Below, in pieces: positions 9,349 to 20,100 of a DNA stretch of 64,000 bases. This DNA is from Alphaproteobacteria bacterium (GTDB lineage: Bacteria > Pseudomonadota > Alphaproteobacteria > UBA6615): positions 31,724 to 95,723 of the forward strand of contig JANQOE010000004.1 in NCBI GenBank assembly GCA_028279245.1. Direction: 5' to 3'. The notes below the pieces were generated by a model. That model was given only the letters and a program-made list of their open reading frames with translations. It was not told where the DNA came from and did not search any database. Both the position numbers and the translations under genes were made by a program. Numbering within the stretch: the first letter of the stretch is position 1; each line of letters opens with the position of its first letter.

Positions 9349-10446
9349 CTAGCCGTCCTCAAGGTGCATTAGAGCTGATATCCCAAACGCGAGGCTGACA
9401 CCCGCCGGTACCCACGCCGCCATCGGGATGGGTATGCTGCCGCCCACACCAAGAGCATGCACTAGGTTGGTCAGTATGTAGAGGCCGAATCCTGTGGTTA
9501 TTCCTGCAGCCATGAGGAGCGCGGTACCGCCGCGGCGTGTCAGCCGCAGGGAGAAGATCGCTGCGATCATTACCATGGCGACCAACAACAATGGTTCCGC
9601 GATCAACGCGTGCCAGCGAAGACGGTGCGCGTCACTCGAAAACCCGGTCGCCTCTAGCGCGCGGATGAAGCGCTGCAGTTGCCAAAAGGGCACTGTCTCA
9701 GGACTGGCGAAACTGTCTTGGATGCGTTCGGCGGTCAGCGATGTGTCAAGGTCGCGTCGCTCAAAGAAACTACCGGGGCGGTCCGGTCCGGTGAGCCATG
9801 CCTTGCGGAACTCCCAACTCCCTTGCCGCAGGTAGGCATCCTCCGCATCGATGCGCCCGACGAAACGGTCACGATCTTCGAACAAGAAGACGATGGTGTC
9901 TTTGAAATGCATGTCTTCCGGGTTGACCTGGCTGGCGTGGATGACTGCTTCCGTGCCGTCGTCGTTGACCTCTCGCAGCCACACGCCGGAAGACGATACG
10001 GCGAGCAGCGAGGACGTTCCGGTTAAGACCTGACCTTCGATCGTTTCGAACTTGCCGAGCATGACGGCGGCGGCGGTGTTCAGGACGGTGACCTTAACCA
10101 CGCCGACGAGCAGCGCAACTGCCAGTGCCGGGGTCAGGAACTGCCAGACCGACAAACCGGACGCGCGTGCCACGACCAATTCATTGCTCTTGGTTAGTCG
10201 CAGCAGGCTGAGGATTGCGGCGAACAGGATTGCAAATGGCGTGACTTCTTGGGCCAAATGTGGGGCTCGCAGAAGCGCCATTTGCAGGACGATTGCAGCA
10301 CTGGCTGCTTCTTTGCCGGAGGCACGGCGCAGCAATTCCACGGTGTCTACAAGAAGGATTATACCGATGACCGAGAAGTAGGTTACCGCGATCCACACCA
10401 GATAATGGCGTGCGAAGTAGAAGAAGAGCGTTCGCGATCCCGTCAT
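9349..10446 (-). CDS. lptG: LPS export permease LptG
   Basis: YjgP/YjgQ family (FFYFARHYLVWIAVTYFSVIGIILLVDTVELL); start at internal Met so it abuts lptF. Confidence 0.85.
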   Translation of the reverse strand: MTGSRTLFFYFARHYLVWIAVTYFSVIGIILLVDTVELLRRASGKEAASAAIVLQMALLRAPHLAQEVTPFAILFAAILSLLRLTKSNELVVARASGLSVWQFLTPALAVALLVGVVKVTVLNTAAAVMLGKFETIEGQVLTGTSSLLAVSSSGVWLREVNDDGTEAVIHASQVNPEDMHFKDTIVFLFEDRDRFVGRIDAEDAYLRQGSWEFRKAWLTGPDRPGSFFERRDLDTSLTAERIQDSFASPETVPFWQLQRFIRALEATGFSSDAHRLRWHALIAEPLLLVAMVMIAAIFSLRLTRRGGTALLMAAGITTGFGLYILTNLVHALGVGGSIPIPMAAWVPAGVSLAFGISALMHLEDG

Positions 10447-10450
10447 GTGG

Positions 10451-11560
10451 CTAGGCTCTGGCGATGCGGCGGGCGGGCCTGCGGCCAGGGTGCAGGAGAA
10501 CCTGTAGCCCTCCAAGTGTACCGGCGAGCGGTATCGCATAGAGCAGGGGGATCAACATGGCGTTCTCACGCGCGGCGCTGGTGGTCCCTAGGAGAGCTGC
10601 CTGCAATCCAACCACCGCACTGACCGCGACGAGAATGCGATTGCTTTGTCCCGAGCGCTTGAACTCGCCCGACAAGAGAGCCGCTAAAGCGATCAGGACA
10701 AACGCCAGTGTGGTGAGGGGCGTTGCCAAGCGCCGATGCCCCTCGACAAGCAGTTCCATTCGGTACGACTGTGTCGCGGCTGAGTCAGCGGGCCAGAACA
10801 GTTCCGTGAGAGATCTTTCCTCTGGCTCGCGCCAGCGGCTGCCCGGGTCGTTGGCGACAATTTCCAGGTCCACAGAGTTTTGATCGAAGTAGAGCAGCAG
10901 CAACCGGCCGGTGTCCTTTTCGACCTCTTGGCGGTTGCCGTTGAACAAGATGACGCGGGCGCCGGTATCGGAACGTTCTAGCAGTCCGCGCTCCGCCGAC
11001 AATGTGACCGGATTTGACGGGTCGCGTGAATCATGGACGAAGATGCCCAGCAAGGCGCCGTCGTTGCGCCGTTCACGTACGTAAACGGTAAGACCGTCGG
11101 TTGGACTGTTGAACCGGCCTTCCTGCAGCAACACGCTGCCGTACGAGTTTCGATAGATGAACCGCAGGTCCTTGAAGGCGCCGAAGGCCTTTGGGCTCAA
11201 GACCATATTCGCATAGTAGGCAAAACTGATAACCACTAGGACCATGAGGAGTGCCGGCCGGGCGATTTTAAGCGGTCCCAGCCCGGCGGATCGTAGAATG
11301 ACCAGTTCGCTGTCGTTGTTGAGGCGGCTGTAGACCCAGAGCACTGCCACGAACAGCGCTAGTGGCAGAACGATCGCGATGAAGGTGGGAAGCAATAGGG
11401 CGGTGAGTTCCAGCAGCGCTGCCAGCGGCAATCCCCGATTGACCACGAAGTCGATCAGTCTTAGCGACCGAATGATGGTGATGATGCCGGCCAGCACCAG
11501 GGTCAGAAATGCTGTCGCAATGAAGAGTTGGCGGAGGATGTAGCGATCGATGCGTTTCAT
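10451..11560 (-). CDS. lptF: LPS export permease LptF
   Basis: MKRIDRYILRQLFIATAFLTLVLAGIITI; YjgP/YjgQ family paired with lptG. Confidence 0.85.
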   Translation of the reverse strand: MKRIDRYILRQLFIATAFLTLVLAGIITIIRSLRLIDFVVNRGLPLAALLELTALLLPTFIAIVLPLALFVAVLWVYSRLNNDSELVILRSAGLGPLKIARPALLMVLVVISFAYYANMVLSPKAFGAFKDLRFIYRNSYGSVLLQEGRFNSPTDGLTVYVRERRNDGALLGIFVHDSRDPSNPVTLSAERGLLERSDTGARVILFNGNRQEVEKDTGRLLLLYFDQNSVDLEIVANDPGSRWREPEERSLTELFWPADSAATQSYRMELLVEGHRRLATPLTTLAFVLIALAALLSGEFKRSGQSNRILVAVSAVVGLQAALLGTTSAARENAMLIPLLYAIPLAGTLGGLQVLLHPGRRPARRIARA

Positions 11561-11699
11561 GCCGGCCTTCTGGTGCTTCCCCCAATCGTCATCGGTTATT
11601 ATCAGACGGCTGACCGGCGTGGAATCCCGCAGTACAGCGTAGCTTGCGCTGAGTGAGACGCTGTTCTAAACGAACCTAACGCTGCCCGACACCTAATCA

Positions 11700-13202
11700 T
11701 TGGAGTGTTGCATGAAGATCGCTTTCGCCGATGCGCGCCTGCCGTCCAAGGGGGCACTGGCGGTTATGGTCCTCGAGGGCGGCAAGCTAACGTCGAGTGC
11801 CAAGAGCCTTGATAAGTCGAGCGATGGCGCGCTGAGCCGGGCGATCAAAGCCGGCCGCTTCGACGGGAAGGCAGGTCAGACACTGTGGGTCTTTGCCCCG
11901 GCCGGTCTGGACAAACTCAGCATCTTGTTGTTGGGCATGGGGGCGCCGAAGAGCCTGGATATCATGGCGCTTCGCAAGGCCGGGGGCGCGCTGGCCCGTG
12001 CGGCAAATGCCGAGGGTTTTGCAGAGCTTACGCTGATGCTCGATGCGATCGCCGGCGGCAAGTTGGAGATTGCGGACCGGGCGGCGGAAATCGGCTATGG
12101 CGCGCGGGTGGCGCGCTATCGGTTCGACCGGTATCTGACCAAGGAACCGCAAGAAAAGAAGCCGACACTCGAACACTTGTCGATACACATGAAGTCGGCT
12201 GTGGCGGCGCGGCGCGCTTTCTCGAGTATCGAGCCGGTGGCGGAAGCGGTAGATTTCACGCGCAACCTTGTGTCGGAGCCCGGGAACGTCATCTACCCGG
12301 AGACGCTGGCCAAGGAGTGTAAGAAGCTCAGTGAATTGGGCGTCGATGTTGAGGTTATGGGCGAGAAGCGGCTGGCGTCGCTGGGCATGGGCGCGTTGTT
12401 GGGCGTGGGTCAGGGCAGCGCCCGTGAATCGCAGCTCGTCGTCATGCAGTGGAATGGCAGTACGAAGTCCGCACAGCCGTTGGCCTTTATCGGCAAAGGC
12501 GTGACGTTCGATACCGGCGGTATCTCGATCAAGCCATCTGCCGGCATGCAGGACATGAAATGGGATATGGGCGGTGCCGGCGCCGTCATTGGTGCGATGC
12601 ACGCCCTGGCTGGCCGCAAGGCGAAGGTCAACGCCGTCGGGGTGGTGGGGTTGGTTGAAAACATGCCGTCGGGGACGGCGCAGCGGCCCGGGGATATCGT
12701 GCGGTCGATGTCGGGGCAGACGATCGAGGTGCTCAATACCGATGCTGAGGGGCGGCTCGTTCTGGCTGATGCGCTCTGGTACACACAGGATCGGTTCAAG
12801 CCGCAATTCATGATCGATCTGGCGACCCTGACGGGTGCTATCATGGTTGCATTGGGCCAAGTCTATGGCGGCTTGTACGCCAGCGACGACAAGCTCGCGA
12901 AGCAGCTCGCGGCCGCCGGTGAGACGGTTGACGAGTTGCTGTGGCGGATGCCGTTGGCCGATGCCTACGACAAACAGCTTGAGAGCCCGGCAGCGGACAT
13001 GGCCAATATCAGTGCGGGGCGGTGGGGCGGCTCAATCACCGCGGCCCAGTTCCTGCAACGCTTCACCAACGACGTGCCTTGGGCGCATCTCGACATCGCC
13101 GGTGTCGCTTGGTCCGAGAAGGGCAAGGCGCCGATGGCGAAGGGCTCGACCGCCTTTGGCGTCCAGTTGCTCGACCGGTTCGTCCGCGACAACTACGAGT
13201 GA
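11700..13202 (+). CDS. pepA: Leucyl aminopeptidase (M17)
   Basis: NTDAEGRLVLADAL, GKGVTFDTGGISIKP; ~500 aa (true start may be Met at 11712). Confidence 0.9.
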   Translation: MECCMKIAFADARLPSKGALAVMVLEGGKLTSSAKSLDKSSDGALSRAIKAGRFDGKAGQTLWVFAPAGLDKLSILLLGMGAPKSLDIMALRKAGGALARAANAEGFAELTLMLDAIAGGKLEIADRAAEIGYGARVARYRFDRYLTKEPQEKKPTLEHLSIHMKSAVAARRAFSSIEPVAEAVDFTRNLVSEPGNVIYPETLAKECKKLSELGVDVEVMGEKRLASLGMGALLGVGQGSARESQLVVMQWNGSTKSAQPLAFIGKGVTFDTGGISIKPSAGMQDMKWDMGGAGAVIGAMHALAGRKAKVNAVGVVGLVENMPSGTAQRPGDIVRSMSGQTIEVLNTDAEGRLVLADALWYTQDRFKPQFMIDLATLTGAIMVALGQVYGGLYASDDKLAKQLAAAGETVDELLWRMPLADAYDKQLESPAADMANISAGRWGGSITAAQFLQRFTNDVPWAHLDIAGVAWSEKGKAPMAKGSTAFGVQLLDRFVRDNYE

Positions 13203-13657
13203 GCGAGATCCGGTTCTATCATTTGACACGGCGTCCCCTTGAGGACGCCTTGCCGGTTATGCTGGAGCGAACAGTCAATCGTGACCGGCGGCGGGCTGTG
13301 GTGATGGCCGGGTCCGAAGAACGGCTGGAGGCGCTGAACGCGCATCTCTGGACCTACAACGACCGGGGTTTTTTGCCCCACGGCAGCAAGCGCGACGGGC
13401 GCGGGCCGCGGCAACCGATCTGGCTCACCACCAGCGAGGAAAACCCAAACCAGGCCGCGGTGCTGTTCTTGGTGGACGGCGCGCGTGCCGATGGCGTGGA
13501 TACATACGACCTCGTGTGCACACTGTTTGACGGCAATGATCCGAACGCAGTGGCGCTTGCCCGCAAGCAATGGTCCGGTTTCAAGGACGATGGGCACAAG
13601 CTGACCTATTGGCAGCAGACGGAGCGCGGCGGCTGGGAGAAGAGGGCCGAGGCTTAG
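13199..13657 (+). CDS. holC: DNA polymerase III chi subunit
   Basis: GTG start overlapping the pepA stop (GTGA); SEIRFYHLTRRPLEDALPVMLERT ... WTYNDRGFLPHG; conserved pepA-holC pair. Confidence 0.8.
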   Translation: MSEIRFYHLTRRPLEDALPVMLERTVNRDRRRAVVMAGSEERLEALNAHLWTYNDRGFLPHGSKRDGRGPRQPIWLTTSEENPNQAAVLFLVDGARADGVDTYDLVCTLFDGNDPNAVALARKQWSGFKDDGHKLTYWQQTERGGWEKRAEA

Positions 13658-15492
13658 CTTTCGGCGTTCTCTAGTGCTTCATGGGCCGCGAACCACGCCG
13701 ATTCCGCGGCATCAATCTCCGATTGGACACGCGCTTGCAGCCGCTGCAACTCAGCGACCCGCTCGCGCGGTTCCCGGTAGATGGAGGGGTCGGCTAGCGC
13801 CGCACCCAGTTTTGCTTGGGCGGCTTGGAGAGACTCGAGCTTTTGCTCAGTCTCGCGCATGCGCTGACGTAGCGGTGCGGTTGGCGTCGGTGCCGGTTTC
13901 TGCTTCGTTGACCGCCGGCTGCGGTTGCCGGTGGCCGGGCCCAAGACCTGGCGGCGATAATCGTCGAGATCGCCATCGAAGGGACGACAGGCGCCACCCG
14001 CGACCAGCCACAAGGTGTCGGCGACACACTGCACCAAGTGCAGATCATGGCTGATCAGTAGGACCGCGCCTTGGTAGGCATTTAGCGCCTGGATCAGCGC
14101 GTCGCGCCGGTCGACATCCAGGTGGTTGGTGGGTTCGTCGAGGATCAGCAGTTGTGGCGCCGTATAGGTTATCAGCGCCAGGAGTAGGCGCGCTTTCTCG
14201 CCGCCCGAGAGGTTGCCGATCTTGGTGTCCGCAAGCTCCGCGCTGAAGCCGAAGCCGCCAAGACGTCTGCGGATGTATTGGGGCGGCCGGTCTTCCAGGT
14301 AGTTGGATAAGACCTGAAAAGGTGTGTGGCCGTAAGGAAGCTCATCGGCCTGGTCCTGGGAGAAATAGCCCACCGAGAGCTTTGGGTGCCGCCGCAGTGC
14401 ACCGCCCATGGGCGACAGCCGGTCGGAGAGCAAGCGCGCCAAGGTCGATTTCCCATTGCCGTTCCGGCCCAGCAGCGCGATCCGGTCATCCATGTCGATC
14501 CGGAAGGAGAGTCGGCGGAGGACTGTGTTGCCGTTGTAGCCGACGGCCACGCCATCGGCTGCGATCAACGGCGGCGCGAGATCGTCGGGGTCGGGAAACT
14601 CGAATATGACCGGTGCGTCTTCGACGATCGGCTCTAGCGCCGGCAGGCGCTCGATGGCCTTTAGGCGGCTTTGGGCTTGGCGGGCCTTCGATGCCTTGTA
14701 GCGGAACCGGTCCACGAAGGCCTGCATGTGACGCCGCTGGGCGAGCTGCTTCTCCAACGCCTTGGCAGCGAAACGCTGTTGCAGCTGCCGCGTCTGCTGA
14801 AACTGATCGTAGTTGCCCGTGTAGGCTGTGAGCTTGCCGCGGTCGAGATGGAGTATCCGGTTCGCAACCGCGTTGAGCAGGGTCCTGTCGTGGCTGATCA
14901 CGATCAGGGTCTTGGCATAGTCGGCGAGGTATCGCGTCAGCCAGATCGTTGCTTCGAGATCCAGGTGGTTGGTCGGCTCATCGAGCAGCAGGAGATCCGG
15001 TGCTGCGAACAGCACCCCGGCCAGGGCAACGCGCATGCGCCACCCGCCGGAGAAGCTAGCCAGGGGCTGCCGCTGAGCGGTCTCGTCAAAGCCCAGCCCA
15101 CTCAGGATGGTGGCTGCCCGCGCGGGTGCGGCGTGGGCTTCGATGCCGGCGAGCCGCTCATGGATCTCGGCAATCCGCTGTGGATCCGTCGCCGTTTCGG
15201 CCTCGGCCAGCAGGGCCGCGCGCTCGGTTGCGGCGGCCAGTACCGTGTCCAGCGGGGTGGTCTCGCCGCCGGGTGCCTCCTGGGCCACCAGCCCCACGGC
15301 ATCGCCGGCCGGGACGCCGATCATGCCGCTCTCTGTCTCCAATTCACCCGAAACCAGCCGGAACAGCGTCGTTTTTCCGGCGCCGTTCCGCCCGATCAAG
15401 CCGACCCGTTGGGCGCGTTGGATCGTCACCGTGGCCCGGTCTAGCAGCAACCGGTCGCCGATCCGATAGGTGACACTGGATATCTGGAGCAT
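13654..15492 (-). CDS. ABC-F family ATPase (Uup-like; tandem ABC domains plus C-terminal coiled coil)
   Basis: Two Walker A motifs (GRNGAGKTT, GRNGNGKST), two LSGGxxxR signatures, no transmembrane domain, C-terminal coiled coil. Confidence 0.8.
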   Translation of the reverse strand: MLQISSVTYRIGDRLLLDRATVTIQRAQRVGLIGRNGAGKTTLFRLVSGELETESGMIGVPAGDAVGLVAQEAPGGETTPLDTVLAAATERAALLAEAETATDPQRIAEIHERLAGIEAHAAPARAATILSGLGFDETAQRQPLASFSGGWRMRVALAGVLFAAPDLLLLDEPTNHLDLEATIWLTRYLADYAKTLIVISHDRTLLNAVANRILHLDRGKLTAYTGNYDQFQQTRQLQQRFAAKALEKQLAQRRHMQAFVDRFRYKASKARQAQSRLKAIERLPALEPIVEDAPVIFEFPDPDDLAPPLIAADGVAVGYNGNTVLRRLSFRIDMDDRIALLGRNGNGKSTLARLLSDRLSPMGGALRRHPKLSVGYFSQDQADELPYGHTPFQVLSNYLEDRPPQYIRRRLGGFGFSAELADTKIGNLSGGEKARLLLALITYTAPQLLILDEPTNHLDVDRRDALIQALNAYQGAVLLISHDLHLVQCVADTLWLVAGGACRPFDGDLDDYRRQVLGPATGNRSRRSTKQKPAPTPTAPLRQRMRETEQKLESLQAAQAKLGAALADPSIYREPRERVAELQRLQARVQSEIDAAESAWFAAHEALENAES

Positions 15493-15625
15493 GGCGGTCA
15501 GATACCATGCACCTGGCCGCTTGGTAACCAGGGGTACCGCGTCCGAAATCGGGCGCGGAGTCTTGATCAGCCAATCCAACGGCCCCTATAACCCGGCCAT
15601 TCATAGCTTTGGGATGATCTGACTG

Positions 15626-16048
15626 ATGGCCGTCGAGCGAACCCTATCGATTATCAAACCGGACGCGACGCGCCGGAATCTGACCGGCAAGATCAACGCG
15701 CGGTTTGAGGATGCAGGCCTGCGGATTGTGGCGCAGCGCCGGATCCGCCTGTCCAAGGAGCAGGCGGAGGGGTTCTATGAGGTCCACCGCGAGCGGCCGT
15801 TCTACAATGACCTGGTGGCGTTCATGACTTCGGGCCCGGTGGTCGTGCAGGTGCTGGAGGGGGAGAACGCCGTGCAGCACAATCGCGACGTGATGGGCGC
15901 GACCAATCCCGCCGACGCGGCCGAAGGCACCATCCGCAAGGAATTTGCCGAAAGCATTGAGGCGAACTCGGTCCACGGGTCCGATAGCCCGGAGAATGCC
16001 GCCAAAGAGATCGCATTCTTCTTTGAGGCAGGCGATATCGTCGGCTGA
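15626..16048 (+). CDS. ndk: Nucleoside diphosphate kinase
   Basis: [11 protein letters not shown] ... NAVHGSDS (active-site His); 140 aa. Confidence 0.95.
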   Translation: MAVERTLSIIKPDATRRNLTGKINARFEDAGLRIVAQRRIRLSKEQAEGFYEVHRERPFYNDLVAFMTSGPVVVQVLEGENAVQHNRDVMGATNPADAAEGTIRKEFAESIEANSVHGSDSPENAAKEIAFFFEAGDIVG

Positions 16049-16088
16049 CCAGCGCCACCATTGCTTGATTCCTAGCCCCTTCACTTGG

Positions 16089-16730
16089 CTAGGGGCAGTC
16101 GGCAGCCGTTAGGTATCCCTTCTCGTCGTCAATGACCGTCCGATCGCCGTCGATTTTCACCCGTCCTTCGGCAATCAATCGGACCGCGTTCGGATAGCAC
16201 TGGTGCTCCTTCGTCAGGATGCGCGCGGCCAGGGTGTCTGGCGTGTCTTTCGGCAAGACCGGGACTGCCGACTGCAGAATGATCGGACCGCTGTCGACCT
16301 CGGGGCGGACGAAGTGCACCGTGCAGCCGCTGATGCGTACGCCTGCGGCGAGAGCGCGTTCATGCACCTTGAGGCCGGGGAATGCTGGCAACAGCGACGG
16401 GTGGATGTTGATCAGCCGGTCGGCCCAGGCGTCGACGAACTCGTTCGCTATAATTCGCATGAAACCCGCGAGGCAGACCAGTTGGACGTTGGCTTCGCGC
16501 AGCCGGGTGTCTATCTCCCGCGCGAACGCTTGAGCGTCGCCAAAGTCGCGATGGTCGACGACCGTTGTCTTAAGTCCCGCCTGTTCGGCTCGGTCGAGTC
16601 CCGCGGCGTCTGATCGGTTGGAGACAACAAGGGCGATCGAAGCCGGATAGTCCGGCGCTTCGCAAGCATCGATAAGGGCCTGCAGGTTACTGCCGCGGCC
16701 AGAGATGAGGACGCCCAGTCTGAGGGTCAA
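16089..16730 (-). CDS. purN: Phosphoribosylglycinamide formyltransferase
   Basis: [16 protein letters not shown] ... HPSLLPAF; probable TTG/CTG start near 16730 overlapping the purM stop; the 282-aa track ORF is an upstream artefact. Confidence 0.85.
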   Translation of the reverse strand: MTLRLGVLISGRGSNLQALIDACEAPDYPASIALVVSNRSDAAGLDRAEQAGLKTTVVDHRDFGDAQAFAREIDTRLREANVQLVCLAGFMRIIANEFVDAWADRLINIHPSLLPAFPGLKVHERALAAGVRISGCTVHFVRPEVDSGPIILQSAVPVLPKDTPDTLAARILTKEHQCYPNAVRLIAEGRVKIDGDRTVIDDEKGYLTAADCP

Positions 16731-17734
16731 CAGTCGATCCCTGTGATCTCCACGCGTTGCCCATCCGCTGGACCGATGACGACCTGGCCAATCCGGTAGA
16801 CGGTCTCGCTGCACTCGGACAGCGCCTTCGTCACCTGATCGGCGTGGTCCGGCGCAACGATGGCAATCATCCCAATTCCGCAGTTGAAGGTTCGGGTCAT
16901 TTCGTCGGGCGCGACGCCGCCTTCTTCGGCCAGCCATTTAAAGATAGCGGGCTGGACCCACGCGCCCTTGTCGACGACAGCCCGGTGTCCTGCCGGGATG
17001 ACCCGCGCGATATTCTCCACCAGTCCGCCGCCCGTGATGTGGGCAAATGCCTTGGTCTCAGAGGTGACGGCCAGACAGGCATGCACATAGACTCGAGTCG
17101 GGGTGAGCAGGGCTTCCCCCAGGGTTTGGGTCGTGGCAAACGGGGCGGGGTCGGTGAGCTTCAGCCCTCGGTTTGTGACGACACCGCGGATCAGCGAGAA
17201 ACCGTTTGAGTGGGCGCCGTCGCTCGCCAATCCCAGGATGATGTCGCCGGACTGCACGTTGCGAGGCAGGACTTTGTCACGCTCGGCGGCGCCGACAGCA
17301 AACCCGGCCAGGTCATACTCGCCGGGCGCGTAGAGGCCGGGCATTTCGGCGGTCTCTCCGCCGATCAACGCACATCCTGCTTGCCGGCAACCGGCAGTGA
17401 TGCCGGTCAAGACGTCGCGGGCGACTGCCGGCTCGAGCCGGCTGGTGGCATAGTAGTCCAGGAAAAACAGGGGCTCGGCGCCCTGAACGACCAAGTCGTT
17501 GACGCACATTGCCACAAGATCGATGCCGATTGTCTTGTTGCTGCCAAATTCAGCGGCGATCTTAAGTTTGGTGCCGACCCCGTCGGTTGCGGCAACGAGG
17601 ATTGGATCCTGATACCCGGCGGCCTTCAGGTCGAACAGACCGCCAAAACCGCCGATCGAACCGAGCACGCCAGCACGGTGTGTGCTGTCGACTAGTGGCC
17701 GAATCGCGTCGACGACAGCGTTGCCCGCATCCAC
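16727..17734 (-). CDS. purM: Phosphoribosylformylglycinamidine cyclo-ligase (AIR synthetase); true start probably upstream (see findings)
   Basis: [26 protein letters not shown]; conserved N-terminal [13 protein letters not shown] motif is encoded in frame just upstream of the first canonical start. Confidence 0.85.
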   Translation of the reverse strand: MDAGNAVVDAIRPLVDSTHRAGVLGSIGGFGGLFDLKAAGYQDPILVAATDGVGTKLKIAAEFGSNKTIGIDLVAMCVNDLVVQGAEPLFFLDYYATSRLEPAVARDVLTGITAGCRQAGCALIGGETAEMPGLYAPGEYDLAGFAVGAAERDKVLPRNVQSGDIILGLASDGAHSNGFSLIRGVVTNRGLKLTDPAPFATTQTLGEALLTPTRVYVHACLAVTSETKAFAHITGGGLVENIARVIPAGHRAVVDKGAWVQPAIFKWLAEEGGVAPDEMTRTFNCGIGMIAIVAPDHADQVTKALSECSETVYRIGQVVIGPADGQRVEITGIDC

Positions 17735-17856
17735 GTCGACGCCGGCATCCTTGTAGGTTGCTGCGGAAATTGGCGACCCCCTTGACTTGTGTCCATCAAC
17801 GGAAACAGATGGCGAGAGGACAATACTTGGTAGGTGACGGTTTGCAATCCGTCGGT

Positions 17857-18993
17857 ATGAGAGCGGCGGCTTCTTTCAGTGCGGCCATTTGGTTCGTCAG
17901 CCTCATCTTTTCCGGGCCGGTTGCGGGGCAGTCCGCAGCCAGCAGTGACGAGGTCTACACCGTTGTTGGTGTGGCGGTGGACGTCACCGCAGAGACAGCG
18001 GCGGCGGCGCGTGAGCAAGCGCTGGCGGACGGACAGGCGGCGGCTTTGGACCGGCTGTTTCGGCGACTGACACGCCGGGTCGATCACGAGCGGCTGCCGG
18101 TGGTCGATGACCGGCGGGCGACCTTCATGGTGCGCGATTTTGAGATTTCCGGCGAAAAGACATCCGCCGTTCGCTATCTGGCTGAGATCACTTACCGCTT
18201 CAAGCCAGCGGAGGTGCGCCGCGAACTGCGGTCGGCGGGCATCTCGTTTACGGAGACCGCCAGTCAGCCGGTCTTGGTCCTGCCCGTTTTGCGGCGCGCC
18301 GCAAGTCTGAACCTGTGGGATGAACCGAACCCTTGGCGCGATGCCTGGACCTCCCTGCCGCCGCGTGCCGATGGGCTGGTTCCGATACTGGTGCCCTTCG
18401 GTGACCTGTCGGATATCGCTGATATCAGTGCCGAACAGGCGGCGAATGGTAGTGTGGAAGATGTGCAGGCCATTGCCGTGCGTTACGGCGCGCGCGACGC
18501 GTTGGTGGCGATTGCCAGCTTGACGCCGACATTGACGGGCCGTGAGGCCATCGACGTCGCGGTGACGCGCGTTGGGACGACGACCCAGGACCCGGTTCTA
18601 CTGGATTTCTCGGTGCAAACCGGTGAAACCCTGACCGCGTTGTTTGTCCGGGCCGCCGAAGAAACGGCGGCTGCTGTCGAGGATGCGTGGGTCGATGCCA
18701 ATCTCCTGCGCTTCGGCGAAGAACAGGTCATGACGGTATCGGTTGCGCTTGCCGAACTGGCGGATTGGGTCGACGTACGGTCGAGGTTGGCGCGCGTGCC
18801 GGTGATCTCAGCCTTCCAACTCAAATCGATGCGGCGGAACGCGGCGTTGGTGGAGTTGGCGTTTATCGGGGATGAAGATCAGCTGTCAGACTCCTTGGCC
18901 CAGCGTGACTTGGCGTTGGAGGCGCCGGCCGCGCCGAGTCTGGGCCTCGCGGCGACGGACCAGGTTCGGGTGCTGCGGCTTGATACAAACTAA
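17857..18993 (+). CDS. DUF2066-like secreted protein
   Basis: Signal peptide [25 protein letters not shown]; divergent from purM; start chosen at the Met giving a signal peptide. Confidence 0.55.
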   Translation: MRAAASFSAAIWFVSLIFSGPVAGQSAASSDEVYTVVGVAVDVTAETAAAAREQALADGQAAALDRLFRRLTRRVDHERLPVVDDRRATFMVRDFEISGEKTSAVRYLAEITYRFKPAEVRRELRSAGISFTETASQPVLVLPVLRRAASLNLWDEPNPWRDAWTSLPPRADGLVPILVPFGDLSDIADISAEQAANGSVEDVQAIAVRYGARDALVAIASLTPTLTGREAIDVAVTRVGTTTQDPVLLDFSVQTGETLTALFVRAAEETAAAVEDAWVDANLLRFGEEQVMTVSVALAELADWVDVRSRLARVPVISAFQLKSMRRNAALVELAFIGDEDQLSDSLAQRDLALEAPAAPSLGLAATDQVRVLRLDTN

Positions 18994-19011
18994 ACAAGAG
19001 CGCGGCCACTC

Positions 19012-20100
19012 ATGACACCGGCACGGCAAGTGCAGGTTTGGCTGGTTGGCCTGGTTGTGGCCATTGTCATTCTTTATGCGCTGCGGGCGGTATTGCTGCC
19101 GTTCGTGGCGGGGATGGCGATCGCCTATCTGTGCGATCCGGTTGCCGACCGGCTTGAGAAGTGGCGTTTCCCCAGGACGCTCGCGACCCTGACCGTCATC
19201 GTCGGCGCCATTCTCTTGTTTGTAATGGCGCTGTTGCTCGTGGTGCCGCTCCTGCAGGCGCAGACCGTTTCCTTCATCGAGCGGGTGCCGAGCTATGGTT
19301 CTGCCTTGCGCGGACTTGTCGAGAGCCTGCTCGTTGCGTTGCAAGACCGGGTGACACCCGAACAGATGGAGCAAGTCCGACAGGCCGCCGGCGAGCAATT
19401 GACCAAGCTCTTGGGGCAGCTCGGTAGACTGATCGGTGCCGCATTCACCAGCGGTCTGGCGTTTATCAACCTGCTATCACTTGTCTTCATCACCCCCATC
19501 GTGGCCTTTTATCTGCTGCGGGACTGGGATCCGATGATCGAGCGGCTGGATCAACTCCTGCCGCGGCACCAGTCGGCGACTGTCAAGTTGCTGTTGGGCC
19601 GGATGGACGAGCGTCTGGCGGGTTTTGTTCGGGGCCAACTGATCGTCGCATCGATCCTCGGGGTGTTTTATGCCACCGCGCTGAGCCTGGTCGGGCTCGA
19701 GTTCGGATTGGCGGTCGGCCTCCTTGCCGGAGTCGCGTCGATTGTGCCGTTTTTGGGATCGGTCGGCGGTTTCGTTCTCTCGGTTGGGCTGGCGCTTCTA
19801 CAGTTCGACAGCGTGCTGCCGGTGCTGATTGTCGCCGGAATCTTCGTGGTCGGGCAGGTTGCGGAAGGCAACTTCCTGACGCCCAAGTTGGTGGGAAAAC
19901 GGGTTGGTCTGCACCCCGTCTGGGTCATCTTCGCGCTGCTGGCTGGTGGCAGCCTGCTGGGCTTGCTGGGCATGCTGTTGGCCATGCCGATTGCCGCCGT
20001 GGTGAGTGTGCTGGTTGAGTTTGTCGTGGAGCGCTATCGCGGCAGCTGGCTGTACCATGGCGGTCTGTTCACCGATGGCGATGATGCCGGCGACAGTTGA
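19012..20100 (+). CDS. AI-2E family transporter (PerM/YhhT, UPF0118)
   Basis: Eight predicted TM segments; family-typical LPFVAGMAIAYLCDPV and C-terminal core. Confidence 0.8.
   Translation: MTPARQVQVWLVGLVVAIVILYALRAVLLPFVAGMAIAYLCDPVADRLEKWRFPRTLATLTVIVGAILLFVMALLLVVPLLQAQTVSFIERVPSYGSALRGLVESLLVALQDRVTPEQMEQVRQAAGEQLTKLLGQLGRLIGAAFTSGLAFINLLSLVFITPIVAFYLLRDWDPMIERLDQLLPRHQSATVKLLLGRMDERLAGFVRGQLIVASILGVFYATALSLVGLEFGLAVGLLAGVASIVPFLGSVGGFVLSVGLALLQFDSVLPVLIVAGIFVVGQVAEGNFLTPKLVGKRVGLHPVWVIFALLAGGSLLGLLGMLLAMPIAAVVSVLVEFVVERYRGSWLYHGGLFTDGDDAGDS

Noticed and set aside
11787-12860. 357-aa minus-strand ORF inside pepA
   Set aside because: Antisense to a strongly supported pepA; Arg-rich composition, no recognisable motifs.
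14671-15444. 257-aa plus-strand ORF inside the ABC-F gene
   Set aside because: Antisense shadow ORF; no domain signal.
16049-16088. Short hairpin (CCCCT...AGGGG) between the convergent ndk and purN
   Set aside because: Only a 5-bp stem without a U-tract; too weak to call a terminator.
16089-16937. Long N-terminal extensions in track ORFs for purN (282 aa), plsY (274 aa), dinB (553 aa), rnd (442 aa), ksgA (323 aa), ppsA (852 aa)
   Set aside because: The extensions are Arg/Pro-rich, overlap the upstream gene, and have no homology. Starts were moved to internal Met/GTG/TTG matching ortholog N-termini.
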